This document shows positions 10,301-19,917 of a DNA stretch of 64,000 bases, in pieces. Origin of the DNA: a virus; IMG/VR virus record IMGVR_UViG_3300009509_000009, positions 15,666 through 79,665 of that record; one strand, 5' to 3'. The notes beneath the pieces were generated by a model. It worked only from the letters and a program-made list of their open reading frames with translations, did no database searches and had not been told where the DNA came from. How positions within the stretch are numbered: position 1 is the first letter of the stretch; every line of letters begins with the position of its first letter. The translations under genes were made by a program, and so were the position numbers.

Positions 10301-13300
10301 AGTCCTACCTCAAGGGAATGGGCGTCGACACGCAGAAGGATGGGAACTCCCTGAATCTCATACCACTGACTGACAAGCAGGTGGAGGAGATGTCTTCTGG
10401 GGAACTCAAGGATGCGGGGCGGGCTGTTCGAGGGTACAAGATTGGATCGAAGCGCAGAGGCTCAATAGATCCTGAGAAGTCTGGTCTATTCGATCCGCAG
10501 ATCACCGGGGGCTTGGATGGCACCAGGTGGTCTCACATCAACCTAGCAGAGCCAGTGCCAAATCCACTCTTCGAGAAAGCAGTCCGTAGTCTCACCGGGA
10601 TTCGTGGACCTCAGTTCAATCGTCTGATCGAAGGCAAGGACGGCGTCGATAAAGACGGAAAGATAGTTCCTCCGGGTACTCAGGGAGCTCTCTACGGTCC
10701 TCAGTCCATTGGTCTCATGCTGGATAAGGTAGACATCAACAAGGACCTGCAGGCCGCGCAAGCGAAGCTCCCAACCATCAAGAATCGTCAGCCACTGAAT
10801 GAGACACGCCGAAAGATCAAGTACCTGCAGGCCCTGCAGAAGGTTGGCCTGTCCCCTCGTGAAGCGTACATGACCTCGAAGGTTCCAGTTCTTCCTCCAG
10901 CGATGAGGCCTCTATCAATGCTCGAGGACGGAGCTCTGCAGTTCGATGATCTCAACCAGCTCTACAAGGACGTGGCCCTACTTGATCAGCAGATCAAGGA
11001 GATGCCCAGCTTCGCGCCAGACAGCGCGAAGGCAGAGGCTAGGGCTGACGTATACGATCGGATGAAGGCCCTAACTGGTCTTGGTGGCTCCCTCAAGGGA
11101 AGGTACAAGGGGATAGCCGACATCATAGCCGGAGACAATCCGAAAAGTGGTTACGCCCAGGACAAGCTGATCAAGAGGAAGATGGACCTGTCCATGAGGT
11201 CCACTATCGTGCCCGAGCCTTCATTGTCCTTGGACGAAGTAGCCATTCCTCGCAAGGCAGCTATGGAGATCTACAAGCCCTTCATCGTCAGGGAGCTCCG
11301 TATGTCCACGGGTTCCGGACCTCTCACTGCCAAGGAGATGGTGGAGGCCAATCACCCGGCTGCTCGGGAGGCCCTGAACCGAGTGGTTGAGGAGCGACCC
11401 CTCCTCATGAAGCGCGACCCAGTACTCCACAAGTACGGCATTCAGGCCTTCAAGCCTAAGATCGTAGAGGGCAAGGCCATCAAGATACACCCCCTTGTGT
11501 GCTCCGGATTCAACGCAGACTTCGACGGGGACACCATGAGCGCCACAGTACCCATCACCGAGGAGGCTGTGGATGAAGCCCGAAAGATGTTTCCGTCGAA
11601 GATGCTGTTCAATCCAGCCACCAAGGGAGTCATGTACACGCCGGCCCATGAAGCTCAGGTTGGTCTCTACATGATGACGGACGTAAAGAAGAAAACGAAC
11701 TACCAGTTCAAAGATCAAGCCGCCCTCGAGCGCGCAGTGAAAGAGAAGAAGCTGGGTCCTAATGATGCTGCCAAAGTAGGCGGGAACTTCACAACACTAG
11801 ATCGGTTGAGGCTCAACGCCACCCTGCCAACACAACTGCAGGGAGGAAAGCTGCTCACTGATCTAGACTACCGCTTTACCAAGAAGGACCAGGGTCAGTT
11901 CTTCAAGCAGATGGCAGAGACGGACGAGAAGGGTTTCCCGATCAACATAGATAAGATGAAGGACGTGGGAAACCTGAAGGTCACTCATGGAGGGTTCAGC
12001 TTCGGGCTCAGTGACTTCAAAGTACACAAGGACATTCGAGATCCGATCATGCGTGAGGCGGATAGGAGAGCGTCAGCTCTGGATTTGTCCAAGAAGAACG
12101 ACATGAACAAGTTCGTCGACATCTATGAAGGTGCGATGACCAAGATGAAGGATCGGCTGGATGTCAGAGTCAAGGAGCTCAGCACAAAGAACTCTTTGGC
12201 AATGCTCGAGACGGCAGCTGGGATCAAGGGTAAAGGGTACGCCCAGCTCACCACAGCTCCAGGTCTGTTCGTTGACGCAAAGGGAGAGGTAGTCGCCAGT
12301 CCAGTGAGGAAGTCGTACTCTGAGGGTCTCTCCGCTTCTGACTACTGGGCGTCAGTGAGCGGTGGACGCAAAGGAATCATCCAGCGAACGCAGTCTACAG
12401 CCAAGCCAGGCTATCTCACCAAGCTCATGATGAACTCGGTGATGGACACCTTGGTGCAGGAGGACGACTGCGGTACCGATCGTGGGGTCAGTCTCAACAT
12501 AGATGAACCAGACCTTATCGGTAGGTACACTACGGCCCCAATAAAGATCGGAAGCACGACGTTCAAGCCAGGAACTCTGGTCACTGCTGACATCGTCAAC
12601 AAGGCCAAGAATGCTAAGGTCACCAGGATCGTTAGCCGATCTCCGATGCGTTGCAATCACGCACACGGCGTATGCGCGAAGTGCATGGGGCTCAACGAGA
12701 GAGGAGAGCACCACGGGCTCGGAACCAACATCGGCGTGCTGGCTGCCCAGGCTATCGGAGAGCGCGGAACCCAGCTCGCTATGAAGGCGTTCCACTCAGG
12801 CGGGGTGTACGAGGGTAAAGCCGCGCAGGAGAGGTCGATCACTGGTGGTGGGTTCGAGCGCGCCGTCACTCTGCTCTCCATGCCGAAGCAAGTGAAGGGA
12901 TCTGCCAAGCTGGCTATCGCTTCTGGTAAGGTAGAGGCGGTGAAGAAAGATCCAGCGGGTGGGTTCGATGTGAAGATAGGCGGCGTCAAGCACTACATTC
13001 CTGCTGATCGTACACCGCTACCCGATCTGAAGAAGGGTAAGGCTTTCCGAAAAGGTGATCCTCTGACTAAGGGTCCTATCAATCCGAGGGAGCTGCTTCC
13101 TCTTACCAACATGAACAAGGTCCAGGGATACCTGGCTTCGGAGCTACACAGTCTCTATGCCCCAGAAGGAATCAGACGTAGAAACTCCGAGGTCCTCGTC
13201 AGGTCACTATCCAACGTCACCAAGGTCGAGGACTCTGGAGATAGCTCGTCGTGGATCAGGGGAGACTTTGCTCCGACTGCTGTAGTCAACGAGTGGAATC

Positions 13301-13548
13301 GTAAGAACGCCAAGCGCGGGCTGAAACCTGTACAGCACACGCCAGTTCTTCGTGGGGTCAAGACTATCCCCGAAGATGTGCAGACAGATTGGCTAGCCCG
13401 ATTGAATCATGAGAACATCAGGTCTACCCTAGTAGAAGCGGCACAACAGGGTTGGGCGAGTAATCTTCACGGTGATCACCCAATCCCGCCGATGATCGTG
13501 GGTAAGGAGTTCGGCAAGGGAACAAAGGATAAGCCCTGGTCGTACTAA
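7366..13548 (+). CDS. rpoBC: DNA-directed RNA polymerase, fused beta-beta' single chain (2060 aa)
   Basis: Beta motifs: HTPESDKTG, GYNFEDGVVIS, GDKMVGRHGNKG, RMNIGQVLE, YILKLQHQVDKK. Beta' motifs: PVLPPAMRP, LHKYGIQAF, FNADFDGD, DDCGT, AQAIGERGTQLAMKAFHSGG. Confidence 0.97.
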   Translation: MARLDPREGFELLKDRVTTEVKAAFPQEGNDHILDIENVEIQDELDPEDIEGQKKAKLGGSTWGVPVKAEFVLKDKASGKVINRSKIKVATIPKHTRRHSFIVGGSEYQVDNQWRLKPGIYTRVAQNGQLESRFNFQGKMNLDMIFDPKSRKFQLKHGGSKPPLYPILKAVGVDDDALQQAWGKEILNANKTTPNGKALNVEKLAIGFAKRLDPNKDVKNFDDAGDVIREYMGTAELRPDVTKLTLGKEFNTITPEALTRTSGRLLGVARGDKPDVRDALQFKDLLSTEDFIAERLQQSAKIIKRRIQNNIDRRTTVREIVGPDIFDRPVKEFFSKTSLANTPQQVNPLEMLSGQQRTTITGEGGVKSAHKIQEDAKLVDPSHFGVLDPLHTPESDKTGVTLHLAMSAVKKGNKAFVPLHNVKTGKVEYLDPETVNEKIVAMPDEGRWDKGKWVPNAKKVKASTLGNEIRDVDSSKVQYVMKNPGQMFSLATNMVPFLSCDSPNRSSMAGKQMEQAISLKYREPPLVQVARGDGTKKTFDEFVGRYASHESPVDGKVTNITDTFMEVKSGRKTHKVQLYKDYPLNDKKGLLQSTPTVKVGDKVMKGQTVADTNFTKGGVYAPGVNLNIGYTPWKGYNFEDGVVISESAAKKLTSEHMHKKTLSTKEAKAPGKEVFMSHFASSLDKEQAEKLDRDGIIKPGMRIRKGDTLIAAVADAPPTTENQMFKNLHRSLVQPFDNRSITWEEDQEGEVVNVTKKGKKIQVHVKTEEPMTVGDKMVGRHGNKGIVTKILPDNEMPSTKDGKPLEVLMNPIGIAGRMNIGQVLETAASKVAEKRGRPLKITNFGVSDSRTEIENLLKRHGVSDRETIVDPKDGTEIEGIQVGKQYILKLQHQVDKKMSARDRAGYDRNLIPKGGGKHGAQALGALGMYAMLAHGAKHNIREMQTYKSDKAQNDDLWSAIQTGEPLPPPKTTFGYQKFESYLKGMGVDTQKDGNSLNLIPLTDKQVEEMSSGELKDAGRAVRGYKIGSKRRGSIDPEKSGLFDPQITGGLDGTRWSHINLAEPVPNPLFEKAVRSLTGIRGPQFNRLIEGKDGVDKDGKIVPPGTQGALYGPQSIGLMLDKVDINKDLQAAQAKLPTIKNRQPLNETRRKIKYLQALQKVGLSPREAYMTSKVPVLPPAMRPLSMLEDGALQFDDLNQLYKDVALLDQQIKEMPSFAPDSAKAEARADVYDRMKALTGLGGSLKGRYKGIADIIAGDNPKSGYAQDKLIKRKMDLSMRSTIVPEPSLSLDEVAIPRKAAMEIYKPFIVRELRMSTGSGPLTAKEMVEANHPAAREALNRVVEERPLLMKRDPVLHKYGIQAFKPKIVEGKAIKIHPLVCSGFNADFDGDTMSATVPITEEAVDEARKMFPSKMLFNPATKGVMYTPAHEAQVGLYMMTDVKKKTNYQFKDQAALERAVKEKKLGPNDAAKVGGNFTTLDRLRLNATLPTQLQGGKLLTDLDYRFTKKDQGQFFKQMAETDEKGFPINIDKMKDVGNLKVTHGGFSFGLSDFKVHKDIRDPIMREADRRASALDLSKKNDMNKFVDIYEGAMTKMKDRLDVRVKELSTKNSLAMLETAAGIKGKGYAQLTTAPGLFVDAKGEVVASPVRKSYSEGLSASDYWASVSGGRKGIIQRTQSTAKPGYLTKLMMNSVMDTLVQEDDCGTDRGVSLNIDEPDLIGRYTTAPIKIGSTTFKPGTLVTADIVNKAKNAKVTRIVSRSPMRCNHAHGVCAKCMGLNERGEHHGLGTNIGVLAAQAIGERGTQLAMKAFHSGGVYEGKAAQERSITGGGFERAVTLLSMPKQVKGSAKLAIASGKVEAVKKDPAGGFDVKIGGVKHYIPADRTPLPDLKKGKAFRKGDPLTKGPINPRELLPLTNMNKVQGYLASELHSLYAPEGIRRRNSEVLVRSLSNVTKVEDSGDSSSWIRGDFAPTAVVNEWNRKNAKRGLKPVQHTPVLRGVKTIPEDVQTDWLARLNHENIRSTLVEAAQQGWASNLHGDHPIPPMIVGKEFGKGTKDKPWSY

Positions 13549-13558
13549 GGAGACTGTC

Positions 13559-13951
13559 ATGGATGATCAACTGTACAAGGAAGCCATGTACTCTGGATTC
13601 TTCGACGAGCTCGGACTGCTCGAGAAGCAACAGATGTTCGAGAAGCAGGCTGCGGGTCTTGGTACCTTAGTCAAGGGCTTCCGTCAGCTGGGCAAGGATC
13701 CGACGAAGGCCCTCGGTGGTGTTCGTAGAGCCTGGGAGGTCGGTGTTCGTAGAGGAGCTGGTCTGGGTAGAGGACAGGCTGGGCCTCTCCAGGGAGGCGT
13801 GGCGAACAGACTCCGCCAGGCGTGGGGTGGCGTGAAGAACGTCGCCAAGACACCGGCGGGCCAAGCTATTGGAGCTACGGCGCTGGGCGCCGGAGCGCTG
13901 GGCGCCGGGGCCGTGGGAACTGGGTACGCTGCTGGCCGTGCTCAGGGTTAG
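13559..13951 (+). CDS. Small Gly-rich protein with FFDEL...EKQAA leader and C-terminal hydrophobic Gly zipper
   Basis: 130 aa; AAGGAG RBS. Confidence 0.75.
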   Translation: MDDQLYKEAMYSGFFDELGLLEKQQMFEKQAAGLGTLVKGFRQLGKDPTKALGGVRRAWEVGVRRGAGLGRGQAGPLQGGVANRLRQAWGGVKNVAKTPAGQAIGATALGAGALGAGAVGTGYAAGRAQG

Positions 13952-13961
13952 TGAGTCCTGA

Positions 13962-15134
13962 GTGCCACGAGCTCAAGCAAACTCGATCGCTCAGAGCGGT
14001 CTGAATACTCCCAGCATTGAGGAGGGCCGTATCGTCAACGTCGACATGGCCAACTTTACTGCTGACGTGAAAACAAAGACCAGCCAGAGACAGTTGATCG
14101 ACGTACAGTGGTCCAGCCCTTACATGCACTTCGCCAAGGGTGAGGGGATCAACTTCATGCCAGAGGTGGGGGCGATCTGTAAGGTCTGTATGCCGAGTGA
14201 CGGTACCCCGTTCATCATGTGCTTTGTCACTACCTTCGAGCGCGAGCGACCAGCCGATGGTCAGGACTCTGAAACGACTCTGCATCCTGACAGCACCGAG
14301 AGTCAGGAGTCTCCTGCTGAGGTTACGTTCCGATCTGGCAGAGCCAAGATGGAACAGGGTGACATACACCTCAGTACCAGAGACGGCAACGCTCTGTGGC
14401 TGCACAGGGGAGGTGTAGTCGAGCTCGGAGCGAACGGTATAACGAAACGGTTCTACATCCCACTACTCAACACGATCCGTGATGTCTGCGAGAACTATGA
14501 TATGGTCTCGCTGGCAGGAGAGATGAGCTGGACAGTCTCCAGGGATGACAGGAACGCTTCTGGTGATGCTGAGGCCGCGTTCACGCTTGCTTCGAGGAAC
14601 TTTGCTCAGGATGAATTCGCCACGGTCTTCCTCCGAGTTGGGCACGTTGACGATACCAAGAGGTTCCAGCTCCTCATCGCTCCGAACCGCATCAACCCCA
14701 GGACTGGAGAGGTCGACGGGGATGTAGTCTACTCAGTGGAGATCGATGAAGAGGGAAACCTCGACGTCACCGTCAAGAAGAAGGCTACGATCAATATTCA
14801 AGACGAGCTGGCTCTCACTGTGAGCGGGGACGCCAACCTCACGTTCAGCTCAAATCTCAACGAGACGATCAGCGGTGACAGGGATACCCAGATCTCAGGG
14901 AACCACTCTATGCAGGCTACCGGCAGCACAGAGAGGCTGTCAGCGGACAAGACAATCGACGCTCCAAGGATCAAGCTCGGTGGTAGCGCCATGTATCCGG
15001 TGTTGATCATGAGCCCAGCTACCGTCTCATTCCTGATGGGGCATACCCATCCGGTCACTGGTGCTGCTACTGGCCCGCCTGTTGCGACGACCAGCCCCAA
15101 CATGATGACCGCTAGAAAGACGGTGGCTGAGTAA
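13962..15134 (+). CDS. Baseplate central spike (gpV/gp5/VgrG-like)
   Basis: N-terminal OB-fold-like region (EGRIVNVD...FMPEVGAIC), beta-repeat C-terminus, H-x-H tip motif 'GHTHPV'. Confidence 0.75.
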   Translation: MPRAQANSIAQSGLNTPSIEEGRIVNVDMANFTADVKTKTSQRQLIDVQWSSPYMHFAKGEGINFMPEVGAICKVCMPSDGTPFIMCFVTTFERERPADGQDSETTLHPDSTESQESPAEVTFRSGRAKMEQGDIHLSTRDGNALWLHRGGVVELGANGITKRFYIPLLNTIRDVCENYDMVSLAGEMSWTVSRDDRNASGDAEAAFTLASRNFAQDEFATVFLRVGHVDDTKRFQLLIAPNRINPRTGEVDGDVVYSVEIDEEGNLDVTVKKKATINIQDELALTVSGDANLTFSSNLNETISGDRDTQISGNHSMQATGSTERLSADKTIDAPRIKLGGSAMYPVLIMSPATVSFLMGHTHPVTGAATGPPVATTSPNMMTARKTVAE

Positions 15135-15424
15135 TGGCCATGGACATCGACAGTCTGACCGAGGCGATCGTCACCAACTACAGTGCGGAAATGAAAGCCT
15201 CCTTCCCAGAGGTGGTGAAGAGCGTTACTGTAGAACAGATACCGAAGGAAGATGGTAGCTTTGAGTACGAAACCACGCCTCAGATGGGCCCAGTAGAGGT
15301 GGACGAGGCGAAGTTCAGGCCGATGGCGAAGGCAATAGCCAAGGCTGTGATAGAGCACATACAGTCGAGCGCCTACGCCGACGATAACGACGGCACTGCG
15401 GGCGGTGATTGGAGGATCAAATGA
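15134..15424 (+). CDS. Hypothetical protein (spike-associated)
   Basis: 96 aa, coupled to the spike gene. Confidence 0.7.
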   Translation: MAMDIDSLTEAIVTNYSAEMKASFPEVVKSVTVEQIPKEDGSFEYETTPQMGPVEVDEAKFRPMAKAIAKAVIEHIQSSAYADDNDGTAGGDWRIK

Positions 15425-17424
15425 ACCCGGGACTTTTCCTAGAAACTGATCTGGATTTCACGAAGGTGGCGGTGTCGGAGGTGCGAATCTCTGACAACGC
15501 CGACACCTGGCCACAGGAGCTTCTGCAGGAGCTGCTCAAGCAGCATCCGTACCTCGGCCAGTACGACACCAGCCCAGTGATGAGCGAGGTTGATGGAGAG
15601 CGCGGGTTCGGTCTCGGCTACTTCACGGTCTCGAGCAGGTCAGCCAGGATGGCGGTTGGGCCTGGTGGTCAGGCGATGCAGCAGATGGAGGGGGTGAAGT
15701 CCATCCGCATTCCGATCATCGTGGCGGAGAACTCAGCGAAGCCATTCGACGTGTTCATCGGATCTGACGGCACGGCCCAGCCGCTAACCGATGAGCGCAC
15801 GCGCGAGGCTCTGTATCGCCCAAACATGTTCGACACGACCGGGAAGTCACCCTCCACCGACTGGATCTCAGACAGCCTCTATCCTCCGAGCTCGAGCGGA
15901 CGAACTCTTCATGGCGGTCAGGTCATGGAGATGCCCAAGACGAGTGCGGCCAGGTTTGTCATGCCGACTATCGTCCCCACGATCCTCAAGGACGATCTTC
16001 TGGCTGTGGAGGACGAGATCAATAAGACGGCAAACCTCGGACCAGCACTTGTCCAGAACGATGCTGTCTTCCCCTTCATCGATCTCCTCTCCAAGGTGCA
16101 GCCAACCACCGCTCACGATGTGGCCAAGGTAGCCTCAAGGCACATCCCCTATGACCTCGTCCAGGTGGTGCGCGAAGGAGAGCGGTACGTCCTCAAGGTG
16201 GCGAACAGTCAGATGTTCGCACCAGAGGAGCTCGAGGCGGATAGACCTACCATGGTGCAAGAGGCTGGTGAGGATCTCGTTCAAGAGGCTGATGAGAGCG
16301 GAGCTGTGGTGCTCAGCACCAATCCGGTCGTCCACAACAACGTTGAGGACGACGAGGTCGGGGTAGCCACCAAGTTTGGTGAGTACCGCGTGAAGGATGC
16401 TACCACTGGGAAGGAGTACCTGGGGTGGGTCTTCCCCAAGGTACTGGACTACGATGGGACAGAGCTCCCCATGAGCGTCTTCTCCAATGGAGCTGTGTCA
16501 GCTATCCAATCAGAGATCGCTGGTAGCTTCGTAGGAAAGAGCGCGAACATCATCAGGGGTAACCCTGAGGGGCATGGATTCTTCTACCGAGTCACCGCCA
16601 GTGGGAGCGTCGTCGCGTTCATTCCATCTGAGTGCAAAGGATCGTTTGCCGATCCGAAGGGGCAGGGGTACATGATCGAGAGCCTCGGCGGAGCTCAGGT
16701 TGTGGTGCGTCCGACTCAAGGATTCACAGGACTGCAGGCACTCGGTCCCAACGAGTATGCCATTCCAGGCGATGTGAAGTGGGCCCCTCTCGGCGAAGAG
16801 GCCATCGCTCTTCTTGAGAGCCCCGAAGACTTCGCCAAGACGGCTTCGCTCAAGCACCACGCCACTACTGTGCGGATCATCTCCGATGGGTCCTGCTGGT
16901 CATTCAAGGATGGTCCTGGACTCGGTAAGCTGGCCAGTCATCAGCGTGAAGGACTCGATGGAGCAGACGCTCACTTCTTGGCCTGTGCCTTTGGTATGGA
17001 GCCCAACTTCGCTGTAGGTCAGCTCATCAAGGCTGCGAAGTACGGTGAGGTCAACGTCCGAGGATGTAGGCCAATCGGCGTTCCGTCCGATAGGATCGAG
17101 GAGATGAGGAAGATCGCTCGTAAGGAGTGGGAGCAGCTTCCTCCCCGCTACCTTCTGTTGAAGGAGGCCGCCTCGCTCACTGACGTGAGCACTGTGGACA
17201 AGGTCCTGTCGATCGGATTCATCAACCCTGAAAACGTTGGCGTGTTCATCGACTACCTCCCAGACTTCCAGCACTGTGTCAGCAAGCTGGCGGAGATGCT
17301 CATCGCTATCCGCATGGGGATGAAGGATGTTCCGGAGTCTGCGGTGAAGAACGCTATGGAGAGAATGGATGAGGTAGTCAGCGGTCTGCGTAAGCTGGTG
17401 TACAGACAGAGCACTCTCGATTAG
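15421..17424 (+). CDS. Large hypothetical head-module protein rich in KxA motifs
   Basis: ATGA overlap start; KVAV, KTSAA, KTAN, KVAS, KTAS, KLAS, KEAAS. Confidence 0.8.
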   Translation: MNPGLFLETDLDFTKVAVSEVRISDNADTWPQELLQELLKQHPYLGQYDTSPVMSEVDGERGFGLGYFTVSSRSARMAVGPGGQAMQQMEGVKSIRIPIIVAENSAKPFDVFIGSDGTAQPLTDERTREALYRPNMFDTTGKSPSTDWISDSLYPPSSSGRTLHGGQVMEMPKTSAARFVMPTIVPTILKDDLLAVEDEINKTANLGPALVQNDAVFPFIDLLSKVQPTTAHDVAKVASRHIPYDLVQVVREGERYVLKVANSQMFAPEELEADRPTMVQEAGEDLVQEADESGAVVLSTNPVVHNNVEDDEVGVATKFGEYRVKDATTGKEYLGWVFPKVLDYDGTELPMSVFSNGAVSAIQSEIAGSFVGKSANIIRGNPEGHGFFYRVTASGSVVAFIPSECKGSFADPKGQGYMIESLGGAQVVVRPTQGFTGLQALGPNEYAIPGDVKWAPLGEEAIALLESPEDFAKTASLKHHATTVRIISDGSCWSFKDGPGLGKLASHQREGLDGADAHFLACAFGMEPNFAVGQLIKAAKYGEVNVRGCRPIGVPSDRIEEMRKIARKEWEQLPPRYLLLKEAASLTDVSTVDKVLSIGFINPENVGVFIDYLPDFQHCVSKLAEMLIAIRMGMKDVPESAVKNAMERMDEVVSGLRKLVYRQSTLD

Positions 17425-17426
17425 TG

Positions 17427-18293
17427 ATGGATCATCCCTCCCGATACTGGATCAAGTTTCTCTGCTCGAGGGGGAAGCATACCCACGAGGCAATCGAGGC
17501 TATGCTGACTGCTATCGAGCTCGGAGGAGCTGATGCAGACTTCATCAAGAGTGTGGATGATGATCTAGACCTTCCAGAACCGTTCATGCCAAGGGATCTT
17601 CGGCACAGACCGAGCCAAGCGTTTCTGAGGCGTGAGGGAATCTACGAAGCCTGGCACGACACCAAGGCCTTCAACGAAGCGTTCGACATTCTATCCACGA
17701 CAGAGCTTCGTCACATGGTGGAGACCTTCGCGCTGTCTCCACTACGTTCAGATCAAGCAGTCAAGAAGATCAAGCAGAAGACAGGCATCTCGCTCTCCGT
17801 GCAGGCCTATGAGCTGTACCAGCACTACTTCTGGAATAGGTCACTGCTCAGTGGCGCGGCGTGGGGAGAATTCATCCTCCAGCGTGACCAGGCCCACATG
17901 GAGTGGCTGCAGCTTGCAGTTCACGCCAAGGGAGCTCAGGGCGCGCAGATGCTGATGTGGAAGATGGGCGCGGCCGGTAGACTTCACGTTGAGTCTGGCC
18001 GGATGTTCCGTGATATCCGTGACATCAACTACATGTGCATCAAACAGATCGAGCATAGGTTCCCTACAGTTGAGCACTCGAAGATGATGCTCAACTACGC
18101 TCGAGTCTGTGACATCTCTCAGCGTCAGGTTGACGCCAGTGAGAGCGCAACTGAAGATATCGTCAAGACCTTCAACTCGTTCAGGATGAAGCGGGAGGAG
18201 GTCCAACGTACGCCGATCCAGCAGCTGACGGGGGGCAACTTCTCAGAAGCTGAGGATGTGGCGGCTGGCAAGGAAGGCATAGGTGACTACTGA
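17427..18293 (+). CDS. Hypothetical helical protein
   Basis: Coupled ORF of ~288 aa. Confidence 0.75.
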   Translation: MDHPSRYWIKFLCSRGKHTHEAIEAMLTAIELGGADADFIKSVDDDLDLPEPFMPRDLRHRPSQAFLRREGIYEAWHDTKAFNEAFDILSTTELRHMVETFALSPLRSDQAVKKIKQKTGISLSVQAYELYQHYFWNRSLLSGAAWGEFILQRDQAHMEWLQLAVHAKGAQGAQMLMWKMGAAGRLHVESGRMFRDIRDINYMCIKQIEHRFPTVEHSKMMLNYARVCDISQRQVDASESATEDIVKTFNSFRMKREEVQRTPIQQLTGGNFSEAEDVAAGKEGIGDY

Positions 18294-18730
18294 TGGCATA
18301 CCTCAGTCAGGAGCAAGGGGAGAGGATCAAGGAGCTCGATATCCCACACGGTGGCGTTCAGGTTGTTCCTCGGAAAGAAGTCAAGAGTGGCGACCTCCGG
18401 ATGGAGTATCTGGCGAAGGACGGTGATCTGATCATTCATTTCTTCTGGGAGAGGCCGCACCCCACCCAGACGGGTACGAGGTCGCTGGGTGACGGATTCC
18501 CGGAACAACCCATCTTCGCTCCTTGGCCCGACAAGTTCAGGGAGACGGCCTGGAGAAAGCTCGTTGAGCACTTCAGGATGGAGGGCAGGGAGACCAATGT
18601 CGACGTGGTGTGGGTTCCGGAGCTGTTCAGCTTCGACGCCACCATCAAGGGCATCGCAATGATCACCAACCCACCCAACTCCTCCATGATCCGGTTCATC
18701 AACGATCTCGTTGAGCATCTCCATAGCTAG
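18293..18730 (+). CDS. Hypothetical protein
   Basis: 145 aa, TGATG coupling. Confidence 0.7.
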   Translation: MAYLSQEQGERIKELDIPHGGVQVVPRKEVKSGDLRMEYLAKDGDLIIHFFWERPHPTQTGTRSLGDGFPEQPIFAPWPDKFRETAWRKLVEHFRMEGRETNVDVVWVPELFSFDATIKGIAMITNPPNSSMIRFINDLVEHLHS

Positions 18731-18756
18731 CTAAAAGGAGGGGCCGCTGCCCCTCC
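18731..18756 (-). terminator. Intrinsic terminator-like hairpin
   Basis: GGAGGGG-CAGCGG-CCCCTCC-TTTTAG on the minus strand. Confidence 0.75.
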
Positions 18757-18779
18757 CGAGTCAACCACTACGGGTGACT

Positions 18780-19187
18780 CTATTTATCTGACCCCTGGTC
18801 AGCTGGCTTCTTCCGCTTCCACTTCTTCCGCTTCTTGTACGGAGCGAGTGATAGTAGGAATCCGTCTCGATCCATCATCATGTGTACTACTCGCTGCTGG
18901 CCGGAGCTTCGAGCTTCCGCCACGATGACGTTGTAGATGAGTTTGGCTGACTCTTTGTCTGATCCCAGAGGGAGGGGCATGCTCACCCTGACGAGGTCAA
19001 GTTCCACCGGTCCGAACTCGATTTCGTGTGCAAGGCAGCAATACCCTCGATCGGTATCGGCCACACCGATCTCTCCCTCCATAACGAAGCTGAGCCGTTT
19101 GAGCGCTACCTTGAGCCACTCAGGGCTGGCTGGTTTGCTCTGCTGGTTCAACGGCTTCCTGGTCTGCTTCCTTCTCGATGGAGCCAC
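18780..19187 (-). CDS. Hypothetical protein
   Basis: 135 aa, second gene of a minus-strand cassette; start uncertain. Confidence 0.55.
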   Translation of the reverse strand: MAPSRRKQTRKPLNQQSKPASPEWLKVALKRLSFVMEGEIGVADTDRGYCCLAHEIEFGPVELDLVRVSMPLPLGSDKESAKLIYNVIVAEARSSGQQRVVHMMMDRDGFLLSLAPYKKRKKWKRKKPADQGSDK

Positions 19188-19839
19188 ACTCGTGAAGGAT
19201 CATGCGGTCTCGGGTAGCCTTGTCGAGATGATTGACGATCGGGATATCATCCTCGTTCTTCCTCACCTCTATCCACCCGAGAGAGGGCGCCAGAACGCTC
19301 TTGACCGCGCTGTCTACTGCAGCGCGTAGATCGTTGATGGTAACGCTGACTGCCGTGGCGACACCCTTGATGGGGGTGTGACCCTCGAACTTGCCGTCGT
19401 CGCCCTCGAACCTGATGAAGCGACTGCCGAAGTCACCGGGGTTCTCGGTGAGGTCGAAGTCTGCCTCTTTCTTGTTCGGGCCAATGATCAGGCCGTTGCG
19501 ATTGTCACCGTCCAACCACACAGTGATGTCTACCAGCTCGCCAGCCTTCTTGCGAGCTGACTTCAGGATGGTAAGTTTTGGCAGCACACCGGTGAACTCC
19601 TGCGCCGCGCCCAACCTCGCCTGCAGCATGGTGCTCTCCATGCTGTTCAGACGCCTCTTACGTCCGACCACTCCTCCCTTCGCGCGCTTCTCCGGCGGTA
19701 CCCCCGCCATCAAGCTGTCTCCAAGCACATCCCGTGGGAGGTACTTGTCCATTTCCCTCAGCTCATCCTTGGTGTATCCCATGGATGTTGCGAGGGGCTC
19801 CAATTGAGCCAATGTGTACTTGACCTTCTTCTTGCCCAT
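19120..19839 (-). CDS. Hypothetical protein
   Basis: 239 aa, AGGAGG RBS. Confidence 0.75.
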   Translation of the reverse strand: MGKKKVKYTLAQLEPLATSMGYTKDELREMDKYLPRDVLGDSLMAGVPPEKRAKGGVVGRKRRLNSMESTMLQARLGAAQEFTGVLPKLTILKSARKKAGELVDITVWLDGDNRNGLIIGPNKKEADFDLTENPGDFGSRFIRFEGDDGKFEGHTPIKGVATAVSVTINDLRAAVDSAVKSVLAPSLGWIEVRKNEDDIPIVNHLDKATRDRMILHECGSIEKEADQEAVEPAEQTSQP

Positions 19840-19877
19840 CTGGTCCTCCTGGCTATTGGCTAAAGGCTCTTCGTCTA

Positions 19878-19892
19878 CAAAGAGCTTATAAC
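19878..19892 (-). promoter_or_regulatory. Shared minus-strand upstream motif, copy 3 (GTTATAAGCTCTTTG)
   Basis: 39 nt upstream of ATG 19839. Confidence 0.6.
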
Positions 19893-19917
19893 CAGGAAGT
19901 GTGGTAAGATCAGTTCG

